The translations under genes and the position numbers were made by a program. This document shows, piece by piece, positions 1 through 13,692 of a DNA stretch of 64,000 nt. The DNA is from Octopus vulgaris (taxonomy: Eukaryota): positions 41,912,001 to 41,976,000 of the forward strand of contig OX597831.1 of NCBI GenBank assembly GCA_951406725.2, in the 5' to 3' direction. Positions within the stretch are counted from its first letter, which is position 1. Each line of letters opens with the position of its first letter. The notes beneath the pieces are model-generated. The model did not search any database and was not told the origin of the DNA. It worked only from the letters and a program-made list of their open reading frames with translations.

Positions 1-189
1 GTATTATTGGACGCTCAGGAAAGAAGGAACACACGAGTGTGTGGGTGCGTCTTTGAGTTCCCCTGCTGTTTAACAAGTTTGTTGATGTTCCCGTCGTATA
101 TATGTTGGGATTTTGTTTGTATCGTTTTTGAAATTTGAACACATTTTACCTCTTTTCAAATATTTAGATACTAAGATAAGTTTCAGCCA

Positions 190-594
190 GAACTGGTCCA
201 GGCTATGACTAACTTAATAGCACCACTTGGAAAATACATTTAATGATGTTTATATTACAGTACAGACAGTCTTTGAGCACTATGACCCATTCGAGTAAAG
301 AGATATTACTCACAAAGATATATCCGGATGTAGGTGGTTTATCTGAAATTTGTTGGAGATATTCGTCCATAAATCGTTTGGTCCTATTTCTCCTCTTATG
401 AGTCTTAGCATGATGTTAAAGAAAGCAGGGCCAGCTGAGGTGAAATAGTTCCGTCTTAGTGTTGTGATGTGATACAAGCATGATTTTTGTAAAGAACTGA
501 TGTCACGGGGACCAAACGTTGGGTGAATTTTGAAGTTGATACCAACATTATTTGAGCAATGTTGATGGAATATTTTATGACGATGAAACACCAA
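190..594 (-). mobile_element. Decayed LINE ORF2 C-terminus and 3' end (CR1/L2-like)
   Basis: ORF 310..594(-) reads KIFHQHCSNNVGINFKIHPTFGPR...TLRRNYFTSAGPAFFN, resembling the post-RT tail of CR1/L2-group LINEs (F..GP.LFN motif). Recognised by eye only. Confidence 0.55.
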
Positions 595-631
595 ATAGAA
601 AACAAAAAACGAACCAATTTATCAGAGCACC

Positions 632-801
632 GGCGATCCTTCGGTATAGGTACCGTAAGTGGCTTTGCTTACATTTCTGAAGATAACAGAAACCCTTTTC
701 TCCCTAACCCTAACACAAACCCTAACCCCCCATATATATAAAAAAAAAACACTTTCCTGAAATGTATCCGGTATTTCCGGTACCTATACCGAAGTTACAC
801 C
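632..801. mobile_element. MITE with GG...CC ends, 9-bp TSD and internal telomeric repeats (Merlin-like, family A)
   Basis: Inverted repeat cttcggtataggtaccg / cggtacctataccgaag; perfect flanking direct repeat cagagcacc at 623-631 and 802-810; internal ccctaaccctaac. Confidence 0.85.
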
Positions 802-1174
802 CAGAGCACCCAATGATTACTAAATTCAGTAGCTGGGCATCAGTCTAATTAATGAACAAGCGAATCAACAGTTATCAGAGTTCAGTACATGCAACATGAC
901 TACTAAATCTTGATAGATTTAAACTTCGTATATTTTTATCTTTTGATTCCCTCCAGAATCAATAAAATATATGCTTCTAATACATTACTATCGAGCCGAT
1001 TATCGATATCCTTTACTTGGGAAAACTGGTCTCGTTAATAATGAATATCATGCATTTTGTGAAAGACGGCGTAGTTGGAAATCACTGGTTCACAGTATTT
1101 CTAATGGTATTAGCGACATATTGTGTGCATATTGTGTGTGTATATATGCATATATTTGTGTGTGTGTGAGAGAG

Positions 1175-1830
1175 ATTAAAGGCTTTTGGCTCTCAAGAGA
1201 AGCGTCTGTGGAGCTGTCATGACACGAAGAAAAACGTGTACAGTGCCGCAGTGTTCCCTGACTTTCTCTACGCCACGGAATGCATGGCCCTCTACCGTAA
1301 GCATCTGAAGGACCTGACGCAAGTCCAACTTTGTCATCTGCGCTCCATCTTGCATATCAGATGGCAAGATATCAATCACTCCTGATGCAGAGGTCTTGCT
1401 CCACGTTGGCGCAGTTAGTGTGGAGGCCCTCGTAAACTCATCGCAGCTGCGCTGGGTGGAATATGTTTGCGTAATGGAGGGCAGCAGGCCCTCAAAGGCA
1501 GTTTTCTACAGTGAATAGCGTCAGGGTAGGCGGAGCTGTGGTGGCCAAAGGTTCCGATACAAAGATATGCTGTATGAAGAACTCCGTCATCTCCCCAGAC
1601 ACTTGGGAGGAAAAGACCCTGCGACGTGATGAATGACACTGACCGCTGAAGCTCGTAATTCCACTTATTGAGGAGAAACAACAGAGCGAATACGAAAGAG
1701 CATATGAGAAGCATCTCCTTTACGTTGCTTCAAGTAGCTTTACCTACAGTAGATGTTATCTTTGCTGCAGATCAAGAGCGGGCCTTCTAGCCCATATTCG
1801 AGCCTGACGGAGATGATTACTGAACAGGAA
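1175..1830 (+). mobile_element. Decayed RTE-clade LINE, C-terminal part of ORF
   Basis: Manual translation with frameshifts: ERLWS..KNVYSAAVFPDFLYATECMALYRKHLKDLTQVQLCHLRSILHIRWQD..QLRWVEYVCVMEGSRPSKAVFYSE*RQGRRSCGGQRFRYKD, typical of RTE/BovB C-termini. Confidence 0.85.
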
Positions 1831-2296
1831 CAGTCCACGATATATAAACACATGAAATGATTTACTTACAACGTCTTAAGATGCTATAAGTACATTATGT
1901 CACACAGTATTCCCCTATCTTGTACTATTTATCTGTACTCTATGACCATTATATCCTACAAACCTGCAACGTGGAATTATCCGTGTACAAACATGAATTT
2001 TTTCCCTCGGATATCTAGTTTCATTGGTTACATGTCCTGCGTCTGTAATTGACACACATACATAAACATATATACCTAGATAAGCGAGAGGACAAATGAA
2101 CGAAAGTGGCACTCAACACATTTTGTAGGAGTTACATGCAACTTAAAGTTTGGTAGACTCTTCAAATGAACCTAATTTGTCAGGCTTTTAGTAATCGGTT
2201 TTTAAAAGCTTAACGGGATAGATTCGTTTGACGACCCGAGAGCCGAATCAAATAAGAAATACAAATTAGAAACGCAACACAGTGATGTGTACAGAC

Positions 2297-2615
2297 AAAC
2301 TTGTTACTTGTAAAATGTGCAAGAGGCATATTCGAACGCATAAAACAGCCATTCATGGTGTGTTTATCATGGAGAAAATTTCTCGCTGTAGACAAATAGG
2401 TGTATACACACCGACTCATTTCGAAGCGCCCACCTCTATCCAAACTGATGGATGCATGCGTTTCGGAGTAGTTAACTCCTCCTCAGTATCAGATACTTGG
2501 TGAGTTTACACCTATTTGTCTACAGCGAGAAATTTTCTCCGTGGTAAAAATACAGTGAATGGCTTTCTTACGGGTCCGAATATGCCTCAAGCATATTTGA
2601 ACTTGTAAATAGTTT
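2297..2615. repeat. Fold-back element: about 115-bp inverted arms around a hammerhead-containing loop
   Basis: Perfect 34-bp inverted core at 2371-2404 and 2507-2540, with imperfect pairing extending out to 2297 and 2615. Confidence 0.85.
2445..2492 (-). ncRNA. Type I hammerhead ribozyme motif (Penelope/retrozyme-like)
   Basis: Minus strand: CUGAUA-CUGAGGA-GGAGU uaacu ACUCC-GAAA-CGCAUGCAUC-CAUCAG. Core CUGANGA and GAAA present, 5-bp stem II, 5-bp stem I, self-complementary stem III region with one mismatch. Confidence 0.75.
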
Positions 2616-3550
2616 ATAAATAACATGCATACATTTTTAAACATACAGACTCAAGTGCATTTATACATATGTACAGAAAAGAGTCTCCGTCGGTTTCGAC
2701 GATTAGTGATCGGCTGTTCGATCAAATGAACTATCTATTCATTTCAATGAACCTGTAACAGGCTGAATATTTCACAGATTCATATACTCTTAACGTAATT
2801 TCCATGCTGAATCTATGTGACATAGTGTGTTGTAAGTCGACCGATCGCCAAGTTGTGCCTGATTCTAGAAGGAGACAAGTAATTAGATTGATTTGCATCT
2901 ATACCTATTATCGGATTTTACTAGGGCTCCATATGGTAATGATGTGGATGGGGAAAATGTGGGTAGAGGGTAATGCGCTCGTAACCCTCTCCCCTTACTG
3001 TTTTACAAAGTAAACAACAACACAAATAACTACGCAGAAGCAAACATGGGTGAAACAAGAACAAGATCAAGAAGCATGGTCATTCCTTAACCCAAGTGAC
3101 CTTATCTTATCGCCTATCGCTCGTTATGCGCTCATAAATTAGTTTGATAGTAGAGCTCTATATTGGCTGTATGCAAATGAGTTCATAACTGGGGTCCGGA
3201 ACTCTAGTGGGGAAAAAAAATTTCGCCGCCGGCGTGCTAACGTTTCTGTCAGCTCGCCGCCTTGATATTCTTGATTAACTAAACAGCATAGTAACTTTGT
3301 TGACAGTCTGCAATGAAGTTAAACCACTACTCCCCAAATCCGGTGCAAATGTCATTACTCATCACGCACCCACTTAGCCCACATACACACACACACCACA
3401 CTCTATTGTCACTTATTCTCACATTACGCAAGAAGTATTACAGCCTGTTAGTTTCACTTCCCATTTCCCCCCCTCTCTCTCTCGTATGTGTGCACATACA
3501 ATTTATCTGTGAAGATAAGTATGTACACATCATTAAAAAAACATTGTGTT

Positions 3551-3605
<55 letters not shown>

Positions 3606-3961
3606 TCTCCGTGTGTGTACACATGTATGTATATTAATGTTATACATATCTATTTTTATGTATTTGTATATATATATATATATAATGTGTGTGCGAATAC
3701 TTATGTTACACACACATTCATACATATTTTATATACCAGCTAGGGCCTGCTGGCAACTTTTTTTTTCGTCTTCTAAGGGTAAATACCCAATCTTTCTCTG
3801 CTGCTAACACAGCTATACTGCGTTCGAAATTTACTTTCTTGCCTATAATATATATATATATATATATATATTTATAATATACAATATATAAATATATGCG
3901 TATATACATACATATATATACATATATGTACATACCATGTATATATACATGCATATATGGG

Positions 3962-4231
3962 TACAGGACATCAAAAAAACGTTGAACACAATGAGAAACG
4001 AAAACATAAAAACATAAACATAGAAACAAACTTTTTTTTTCGAACAACGAAAAAAACAGAGAAACGAGACATACAACGAAGAATATTCCCCTTCTTCAGT
4101 TTTCCCTGTTTCATCTACTTCGCGTTAAGAAGGTAAGGACAAGACGCGACTTCGTTGAACCAGTCCTTCCCGCAAAGCAAATTAAATAAAATTTGGGATT
4201 TTTTGCGGAGGATGAAAGTGGTAGCAAGAAC

Positions 4232-4240
<9 letters not shown>
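3962..4240. mobile_element. Interspersed repeat bounded by (TA)n, probably a Penelope-like terminal fragment; partial second copy at 4748-4858
   Basis: attccccttcttcagtt...cttcccgcaaagcaaattaaataaaattt occurs twice (4086-4195, 4750-4859), next to or between TA tracts; minus strand has CTGAAGAAGGG, a hammerhead-like half core. Confidence 0.5.
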
Positions 4241-4294
<54 letters not shown>

Positions 4295-4696
4295 TTTCCA
4301 CTGCATGTCATCAACATGTACAAAATTACACACACACAGGGTTGTATATGTATATTATAGATTTTAATGTTTTATCAATGTCTGCTCTAACTAATTTGAA
4401 AAGTTCCTCAGAAACTTTTGAATCTTTAAACGCAGCTGCACTACTTCAGAATACTTTGTGATTCAGAACTTTGAAATGTATTTGATCGATAATAACTAAA
4501 ATTCATGTTTGAGTAAAACCTATACAATACTGCTTCATATATAAATGTGTGTGTGTGTGCGCGCAGGCGTTTAACTTTGTAATGGTCTTCGGTGCTAATA
4601 TAGTCACGAACAGACACAGATATATGTACCCTCCCAAGGTGTGAAACATCCAGAATGTGACAACTGAAGAGAGACAAACAGACAGACACATAGAAA

Positions 4697-4753
<57 letters not shown>

Positions 4754-5612
4754 CCCTTCTTCAGTTGTCCCTGTTTCATCTACTCCGCGTTAAGAATGTA
4801 AGGACAAGACGCGACTCCGTTGAACCAATCCTTCCCGCAAAGCAAATTAAATAAAATTTATATATATATATATATATATATTGTTATGTCCTGTTATTTG
4901 TATCTGTGTAACATTCTCCGTCTTTTTCAGTTCTTGCTTTCGTATACATTCGCTGATTTCTTCCAAGGAATCTAATGCTCTTAGCTTAGTTTTTCCTTGG
5001 GGCTGGCCAGATTGGAGTAATCTCGAGTATGACCAGCCGAAATTGCAATGATAATCTGGAACTCGACCGAAGAAAGAAAACTCCGAATGACCCGTCCTTA
5101 TTTTCTTTGTATCGTCTATCTGGATGTTTTGTTTCCCCCTTTTATGTATCACCAACCAGTCTGGATGTTTTGCGTTTCTTGTCCCATTTTGTGTGTGTGT
5201 GTGTAGCGAGAGAGAGAGAGAGAGAAAAGCAGATAGGAGGGGGGGCCGCAGCAGTACTGGCCGTGCACCTTTTTTATTTTCACCATCGAAAGAATCAAAA
5301 TTAAAGATGACTTTGGGAGGATTAGAACTCAGATTCTCAAAAAAAGTTTTAAAAAAAAAAGAAGAAAGCTGCTTTAAATCTCGCAACGCTCTGATGCTCG
5401 TCACCCAACCGCTTTAAGTTGTGTATGCGCGCGCACACTCACAACACAAAAGCACATTGTAATTATTGTTTGCACTGTGACCTTTGTTCTGTATTCAAGT
5501 CTGCTAAAGTATTTGAAATGCCTTTCTTTTTCATAATAATTATTATTAAAGAAAACATATCATCATCGTCCTCGTCATCTCTCTCTTTCTCTCTCTCTCT
5601 CTCTTTTTCCCC

Positions 5613-5653
<41 letters not shown>

Positions 5654-5891
5654 ACTCACTTTTTCACTGAGCGTACATACATACGCAGTGATACATTTGT
5701 AATCATTGTCAGACAATGAAGTGACAACTCAAACATTTCTCTTGTTTTGCATTTGTTTTGTTTTAGAGTCAAAGTTCAAATCTAAAAGAGAAACAAAAAT
5801 GTGAAAAAAAAAAAAAGAACAACGATGACAAAACCAACAAAACCAACAATAAAATTAATTGGGTGAATAACTGTTGAAAAAAAATTATTAC

Positions 5892-6053
5892 AGGTGCAGG
5901 AGTGGTTGTATAGTTAATAAGCTTAGTTTGTAACCGCGTAGTTTTGGGTTCAGTCCCCCTGCGCGGGACCTTGGATAAGTGTCACCTATTATAGCCGCCA
6001 GTGCCTCGCGAGTTAGTTTGGTAAACGGAGGTTGCGTGGAAGCCCATCGTGTT

Positions 6054-6090
<37 letters not shown>

Positions 6091-6458
6091 TTCAAAATTG
6101 TAAAAAAAAAAAAAAGACAGGTGAGGGGACAGTAAACAAGGTGTACACATTAGTTTAACGTTCGCGAAAAATGCAAGAAGTATTTGACGTTTCGAGCCTA
6201 CGCTCTTCTTCAGAAAGGAATGAGGAGGATAAACAGACGGAGAGAGAAGAAAAAAAAGTGTGGTATGTGCACTGTGTATGTGTGTGTGTGTGTATTAGGG
6301 GAGTATTTGTTCACCCACAACCGATGTTTGTTTACATCCCTGTAACTTAGCATTTCGGCAAAGACACCGATAGAATAAGTACTGGAATCGATTTATTCGA
6401 CTAGCCTTTCCTAAGCAGTGCCCCGGCATGGCCGCAGTCTAACGACTGAAATAAAAGA
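5892..6458 (+). mobile_element. tRNA-derived SINE family S1 (diverged) with insertion in its central microsatellite
   Basis: Head ggtgcaggagtggttg...gggttcagtccc, central (TG)n, tail gcatggccgcagtc...actgaaa; foreign segment at about 6089-6270. Confidence 0.8.
6183..6216 (-). ncRNA. Minimal hammerhead ribozyme motif in a Penelope-like terminal fragment
   Basis: Minus strand UUU-CUGAAGA-A-GAGC guag GCUC-GAAA-CGUC-AAA: intact core, 4-bp stem II, palindromic ACGU stem III, GUC cleavage triplet. Confidence 0.75.
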
Positions 6459-6858
6459 TATATTTCTGTGTCTTACCAACGATTATTTCTATTTACTTCA
6501 TATTTTATATTTTTGGAAATAGAATTCTTTATGCAAACAGGAAGTAAGTTCACGCATGCGCATATAGCCATGTTTTTTGACAAAGTAAAGTATATCACGT
6601 ACAGGGTTGCGTTAACAGTCTTATGGGTCCCTGGGTAAAGCAATGCACTTAGGACCTTACATTAATTTATTGTAAGTAAATTACAACATACATAAATTAA
6701 GGCTTTGGCCCTTAAACACATGATTTCTGGCAATAGTGCAGTACGTCCATGTCTTCAACAGCTTCACCCATGCTCTGAGGTCATATTTACATTTTATGCT
6801 CGCAGAGTAAGGGAGCCGATATAAATGATTAATCCTCTCCCCACAAATTTTTTATCTT

Positions 6859-7533
6859 GACCCCGAAAGGTCGAAAGATAAAGTCAACCTCGGCGGAATT
6901 TGAACTCAGAATGTAACGGTAGACGAAATACCTATTTCTTTACTGCCCACAAGGGGCTACACAGAGAGGGGACAAACAAGGAAAGACAAACGGATTAAGT
7001 CGATTATATCGACTTCAGTGCGTTACTGGTACTTATTTAATCGACCCCGAAAGGATGAAAGGCAAAGTCAACCTCGGTGGAATTTGAACTCAGAACGTAG
7101 CGGCAGACGAAATACTTATTTCTTTACTATCCACAAGGGGCTAAACACAGAGAAGACAAACAGGGACAGACAAACGGATTAAGTCGATTATATCGACCCC
7201 AGTGCGTAACTGGTACTTATTTAATCAACCCCGAAAGGATGAAAGGCAAAGTCAACCTCGGTGGAATTTGAACTCAGAACGTAGCGGCAGACGAAATACT
7301 TATTTCTTTACTATCCACAAGGCGCTAAACACAGAGAAGACAAACAAGGACAGACAAACGGATTAAGTCGATTACATCGACCCCAGTGCGTAACTGGTAC
7401 TTATTTAATCGACCCCGAAAGGATGAAAGGCAAAGTCTACCTCGGCGGAATTTGAACTCAGAACGTAAGGGCAGACGAAATACGGCTACGCATTTCGCCC
7501 GGCGTGCTAACGTTTCTGCCAGCTCGCCGCCTT
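6859..7533 (-). mobile_element. SINE family S2 multimer: one head plus tandem 184-bp body units
   Basis: Units begin near 6859, 7043, 7227, 7411; single head (ggcggcgagctggcagaa.. on minus strand) ends at 7533; B-box-like gagttcaaattcc; central cctttcatcctttcggggtcga..aagtaccag resembles, from memory, the Meta-type SINE domain. Confidence 0.9.
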
Positions 7534-7836
7534 CGCTTAACACACTAACCGTCACCGTAACCATGAAAGATTCACAATCTTATTTCACTCGCAGCACAAT
7601 AATACAAATCTGAAACGGAAGCCAGGTGCCGATGCAGGAAATGATTAATTTTATATTTAAAACAAAAAATAAATAAATGAATAAATTTGAGAAAAGCCTC
7701 TTAAACTTCCCTCCTTTGTCTCATCTTTACCAAAGAGAGTGAGACATTTTCGTAGTTTAGTATGCATGGGAAAGTTCATAGTTGACCAAGTACTCTTGGA
7801 AGAGTGGTCTAGCAAAATACACACACACACATACAC

Positions 7837-7867
<31 letters not shown>

Positions 7868-8003
7868 CACGTATATAGGTACACATGCATATATATATAT
7901 ATAAATACTCACACATGTATACATACACACACACACACATATATATATAAGGTGCATGTGTGTGTATATATATATATATATATAAGGTGCTGTGTGTGTG
8001 TGC

Positions 8004-8038
<35 letters not shown>

Positions 8039-8058
8039 TATATATATATATATATATA

Positions 8059-8103
<45 letters not shown>

Positions 8104-8487
8104 AAACTCGCGTATTTCTCTCTTGTAATTTGTCGGTATTCTCAGAGAAAGTTACAATGCCATCTATCATTATTTTGGATGACGTTACCATTTCAATAAG
8201 GCATTACAAACGAGCCAGCTTTTGTTTGTTTGTTGCATTAAAGCAAAGAAATAATGTCTCTAATTGAAGCCAAACCTGTGTAGGCTATTACGTTTCCGAT
8301 TCATTTCAACGTGGCATTAAATGTTCTAACACATCGTTTGTCTCATTCATTTATTTATAGTTCACTCACTCTTACCATCGACTTAGTCATATATTCTTTT
8401 TATAGCTGAATCTAGTCTTTGCAGGTTTGTTGACTAGTATCTGTCTATGCGAAAGTTCCACTAAGTCTATGAATAAATTACTTCCTA

Positions 8488-9038
8488 GGCGCAGGAGTGG
8501 CTGTGTGGTAAGAAGTTTGCTTCCCAACCACATGGTTCCGGGTTCAGTTCCACCGCGTGGCACCTTGGGCCGGGGCGACCAAAAGCCTTGTGAGTTAAAC
8601 TGAAAGAAGCATGATATATATATATATATATATAGTTAATCCAAACAAGAAAGCACAAAAAAACACAACAACGCGAGGACGTGGAACAAATATAGTATTA
8701 TTGGACGCTCAGGAAAGAAGGAGGGTTTAACGTTTCGAGCGGAGCTCTTCGTCGGAAACATAGGAGAAGGAAAGACAGAGTATATATATATATATACACA
8801 TACATACACATACACACACACGTATGTATGTGCATATATTTGTGTGTCTGTCCCTCTAACATCGCTTGATAATCGATCTTGGTGTGTTTACGTTCCCGTA
8901 ACTTTTAGCAGTTCGATAAAAGACACTGAGAGATTAAGAAGCAGGCTTACAAAGAATTAGTACAGGGGTCGGTTTCTTCGACTAAAAGGCGGTGCTCCAG
9001 CATGATCACAATCAAAATGACTGAAACAAGTAAAAGAA
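8488..9038 (+). mobile_element. SINE S1 with Penelope-like fragment in its central (TA)n
   Basis: Head ggcgcaggagtggctgtgtggtaag..ccgggttcagttcc; tail ..gactgaaacaagtaaaaga; insert at 8635-8780 flanked by (TA)n. Confidence 0.85.
8725..8759 (-). ncRNA. Variant minimal hammerhead motif (U4 to C)
   Basis: Minus strand GUUU-CCGACGA-A-GAGC ucc GCUC-GAAA-CGUU-AAAC; the flank matches window positions 1-28 and resembles 6140-6230. Confidence 0.6.
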
Positions 9039-9845
9039 TAACCACCTGCCCGCTCGCCAGACTGTCGTAGGCGCTCAGCTAATGAGTCTAATACAGGAGC
9101 GGCGTCGTGATATAGACAAAACGTGTCCCATCCCTGTGCGCACCTCATTGCAGCCAATTTGTTTGCAAAATGAGAAAGGAAAGAAAATATGTACCGACTC
9201 AAGTGCGGGATTGGCACTTCATTTACCCAGTCCCCCAAAAATAGAAGAAAATGTTATTAACCTGAGCAAGGTTTGGGATCATTTCTGATTGGCTGCCACT
9301 TTTCAATTTCTTCAATTTTTGTTCGAATTGATTTCATATTTGGTGTAGTTTTGTATGGCTATCATTGACATGAAATTCATTTTCGCCATAAATCAATAAA
9401 ATAAAGAGCTAATAGCTTTCAAAGTTTGCAAATTTTAGGTAATTATAGCCAATCGAAAGCCACAGACAGAAGTTTCTGTTTTCATAGAAACAAGCCAAGC
9501 TGCTTATTCCCTTGTTGCTGTCCTGTCAAGCCACGTGGTCATTTTCCGCTTATTAAATACTTAAAACACGAGTTATGAAGTGGTCGTGAGATGTGCTAAA
9601 AATAACAGCTAAATAGGCCTTAAATCACGAACCACTTTTCTTTTTCAATTTTTGTATAATTGTATGAATTTCTGTGTGTGTAGAATATAAATTCGCAAAA
9701 ATTTTCTGAAAATTCCCCAAAATAAAAAAAAAAGGGCAGTGAACTGGCAAAATCGTTAGCACTCAGGATGAAATGCTTAGCAGTGTTTCACCCGTTGCTA
9801 CGTTCTGAGTTCAAATTTCGCCGAGGTCGACTTTACCTTTTTGTA

Positions 9846-10010
9846 GGCGTAGGAGAGGCTGTGTGGTAAGTAGCTTGCTTACGAACCACATGGTTCCGGG
9901 TTCAGTCCCACTGCGTGGCACCTTGGGCAAGTGTCTATTACTATAGCCTCAGGCCGACCAAAGCCTTGTTAGTGAATTTGGTAGACGGAAACTGAAAGAA
10001 GCCCGTCGTG

Positions 10011-10044
<34 letters not shown>

Positions 10045-10264
10045 TACATATATATATATATGTGTGTGTGTCTGTGTTTATCCCCCCAACATCGCTTGAC
10101 AACCGATGCTGGTGTGTTTACGTCCCCGTAACTTAGCGGTTCGGCAAATAGACACTGATAGAATAAGTACTAGGCTTACAAAGAATAAGTCCTGGGGTCG
10201 ATTTGCTCGACTAAAGGCGGTGCTCCAGCATGGCCACAGTCAAATGACTGAAACAAGTAAAAGA
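9846..10264 (+). mobile_element. SINE S1, full length
   Basis: Complete head, central TA/CA/TG microsatellite and tail, near-identical to copies at 40773, 51102 and 58937. Confidence 0.92.
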
Positions 10265-10757
10265 GATTATATGTCGTGCGAAAAGCACAATTCTGCTAGT
10301 ATTTCATTTGTTTAGTGTTTCATATTTAAACTCGTGCAGTCACACACAGAATGACAGCTTTCAAATCTTGTTTTCTGACTGGATGAAAATTACCAAACTT
10401 TAAACCTCTATAACCATTTAAAAAAAACAAAATTCTGAAGTGAAATATCTCCCGTGATTCAGCGTTGAAAATTACATCACTACACCAAATTTGAAATTCT
10501 GCAGGTTTGAACTCAGAGCACGTAGAGTCAGGCAGCATACCTCAATGAACATCCACTACACATTCTAACGACTCTGCCAATTAGCAACTATACATTCCAG
10601 GAGAGGGGGTAAGTTAATTATATTGACCCTAGTGCTCAACGTCGACTTCGGCGGAATTTGAACTCAGAACGTAAAGACGGATGAAATGCGGCTAAGAATT
10701 TTCTTCGGTTTGCTAACGATTATTCCGGCTTGCTGCCTTAGCTATACACACTATATT

Positions 10758-11064
10758 TTATTTTTTATGCGCCCTTTTCAAGCCTAGCCAGGCTCGTGGG
10801 CCTGGTTTCCCGGTTTCTATGGCGTATGTATTCCCCCATCCCAGCTGGACGGGACTCAGTCCGTTGCAGCGTTACTCAAGAAACAGGAAGAAAGTGTGAG
10901 AGAAAGTTAGGTCGAAAGAGTACAACAGGAGGTCGCCACCACCCTCTGCCGGAGCCTCAGGTGTTGTCGCTCAATAAACACACACAACGCCCGGTCTGCG
11001 AATCGAAACCACGATCCTCCGACCGCGAGTCCGCTGTCCTAACCACTGGGCCATTGCGCCTCCA
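10758..11064 (-). mobile_element. tRNA-derived SINE family S3 with 16-bp TSD
   Basis: Head on minus strand gtggaggcgcaatggcccagtggttagg..ggtttcgattc; TSD ctatacacactatatt at 10742-10757 and 11065-11080. Confidence 0.9.
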
Positions 11065-12285
11065 CTATACACACTATATTACTTGTTTATCACTCTAATT
11101 CTATCAATCCACAGCCCTTGTGTGTGTGTGTGTGTTGCTGACGGCGTAATAATTTATAAACTTTTGAGAAAACGTGAACTAACTATTTTTTGAAATATAT
11201 CGAAGCAAAGAACTACACACATAAAGCTATAATAATCGCATGAAAAATAATGTTGGCTTGAGAAACCCTTTTGGATAAGGTGGGGGGGGGGGGTTGAAAG
11301 ACTATTGGTGGAAATCGAATCCACGACTCTTGTAAACATGACGCGTTTTATCATATGACCAAAGCAATCCTTCGAATTTTTACATGCCCTTATTATTAAC
11401 TTTATGTGTGTGTTTAAGCATATATATATGCGTTGGCTTATTTACGTTCTTGTTAAATAGCGGTTCGGCAACAGTGAATCATTAAAAAAAGGACCAGACT
11501 TAAGAAAAATAAGTACAAGGGTCGGTTTGTTCGGCTAAAACCCTTTAAGGAGGCACTCCAGCATGGGCACAGACTAATGATTAAAACAAGTAGAAAAAAA
11601 ATTGATGATAAACGATAAACCAGAAGAATATTAACAGACATTATATGTCTTCCTCAACGTCACTCACAAATACATTCACACGCACACAAAAGACTGGGTT
11701 ATTTACACCTTTAGTTCGAGTACAAAAGTCAGACAACGAAACAATGATGCAGAAAAGATTTAAGGCCCATTTGACCCAGACGACCAGCAACCGGTAGGTA
11801 GGGGGAAGCTACCAGTGCGCGACGGGATACATATAAGAGTTGAGAGCCGCGCGCGGAAATTTTGAACAATAACGTTTTCCTCCTACCTCCTCTAAAAAAC
11901 ATTTCCTCACATACACACATACATAAACACTGATGCAAAACAAATTATTTTACTAATAGATCTTGATATAGGTAGGACAGCTTGGTTTCTTCACAATACA
12001 ACCAGGTGTGGTGAAGAGAAATATGAATACTGCTTAATATTTAAGAAGCATTTTATTTTATTGTATTTCTTAAAACCATTTGGACGGCGGTTATTTGTTT
12101 AGTGTCACACCCAATTTTGACACCGGTGACACCTCACACAAAGCTTTAGAGCGATAAGGAAAAGCAAAAAGATATTTTGTAAAAATATGTCAATCTTCGA
12201 ATAAAAACATATATAACCTCAATATGAAAATGTAAACCCCCAACACTATTGCCTCTTCTTTCTTCTTCATAAATTCTATCACTAC

Positions 12286-12332
<47 letters not shown>

Positions 12333-13171
12333 CTCATACTTTTTATTCCTTTTTCTCTCTCATTAAAGTTTCGCACGCTCTTTTTCTCCTTTCCGCTTTT
12401 TCTTAGATCTATTATCTGCGTCTTTTTTCTCCTCTTTAGGTCTTCCATAACTCTCCCTTATCGTTTTAACTGTCTTCTCTCTCACCCTCATTTATTCTCT
12501 TCGTTTTCTTTCTGTCTCTCGCTCAATCTCTCCCTTTCACTCTTCTACTTTTTTCTATATTCTTTCTCTCTTCTTTCCTCCATTTCTATCTTTCTTCATA
12601 CTCCCTCTTTCGTCACTTCTACCGTATCTTTTATTCTCTTCTCTTGATTTTCATTCGCTCCCTTGTGTCTCTGTTTTAACACTTTGCCTCTACTTGTCTC
12701 GACTATCGTGTCACAACTGACCCGCTACGCCCGTACGACTTTCTTTTCTGACATATCTTTATTCACAAGGCGTCAGGGGACCAGTGCAGTAATTCTTATG
12801 AGGCTTCTTAAGGGAGGAGATTGGGTCTGTGAGGATTAAAATGAGAGCGGACAAACTGCCATATGAAATAAAATTGAGATGGCTGCAAACTTTTAAATAC
12901 GTCCAAGCCCATAGCGAAGGAAGAAGAGTAGAAAGCTGGAGCTAGCAGAAATTGTTAGAGCACCGGACAAAATCCTTTGCGATATTTACATTCTGAGACA
13001 AAATCCCAGTGAGTTCAACTTTGTAGTTCATCCCATAGGGGGTCGATAGAATAAAGTATTAATTTAATACTCGGACTGACTTACTTAACTCAAAACAGCT
13101 GGCCTTGTGCTTAAATCAGAAACCGTTATTAAATAAAAGAGGAATTCCTCGAGCTAGCAGAATCGTTTATA

Positions 13172-13425
13172 CCGGTGTTTCTCGATTGTTTTTAAAAAAA
13201 TTTTTTCTAACCTATGAACCCCTTTCATTCCTATTTTACGTGGATGGATCCTCCCAGCTGTTCGATGTTTTTCTAAAAATCATATATTTATATGATTAAA
13301 TATCATTAGGAATTGCATTAAAAAAGTTGTTAAAATATTCTATGTATTGTAAAGGTGTAACAATCAATTTATTGTAGGTAAATTTTAACAGCAAAATCAT
13401 ATATGGAACCCCGGTTGAAAACCAC
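13172..13425. mobile_element. Degenerate hAT-like MITE
   Basis: Ends ccggtgtttctc.. and ..ccccggttgaaaaccac resemble cagtggttctcaacc-type TIRs; it interrupts S2-like SINE sequence. Confidence 0.4.
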
Positions 13426-13692
13426 ATATGAACTTATAGGTCGAATAAAATGTCATGCGATAAAAATTTTCCTCCGGCTCTTTACGTTCTGGTAGTAAAC
13501 CCTGCTCAAATCATCTTCGCCTTTCATCCTTTCGGGATCAATAAAATAAAGTAACCCACCAAATACTGGGGATCGATGGTATCGACTTATTCCCTTCCCC
13601 ACAAAATTGTTGGCCGTGCGCCTGAATTAGAAACCGTTAATTAAATAGGGAAAGGGTTAAAAACCTTTACACCTATAATATTTTATACTTAA

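Noticed and set aside
12250-12710. 450-bp pyrimidine-rich tract
   Set aside because: Appears to be decayed (CT)n; no exon or other structure follows that I can support.
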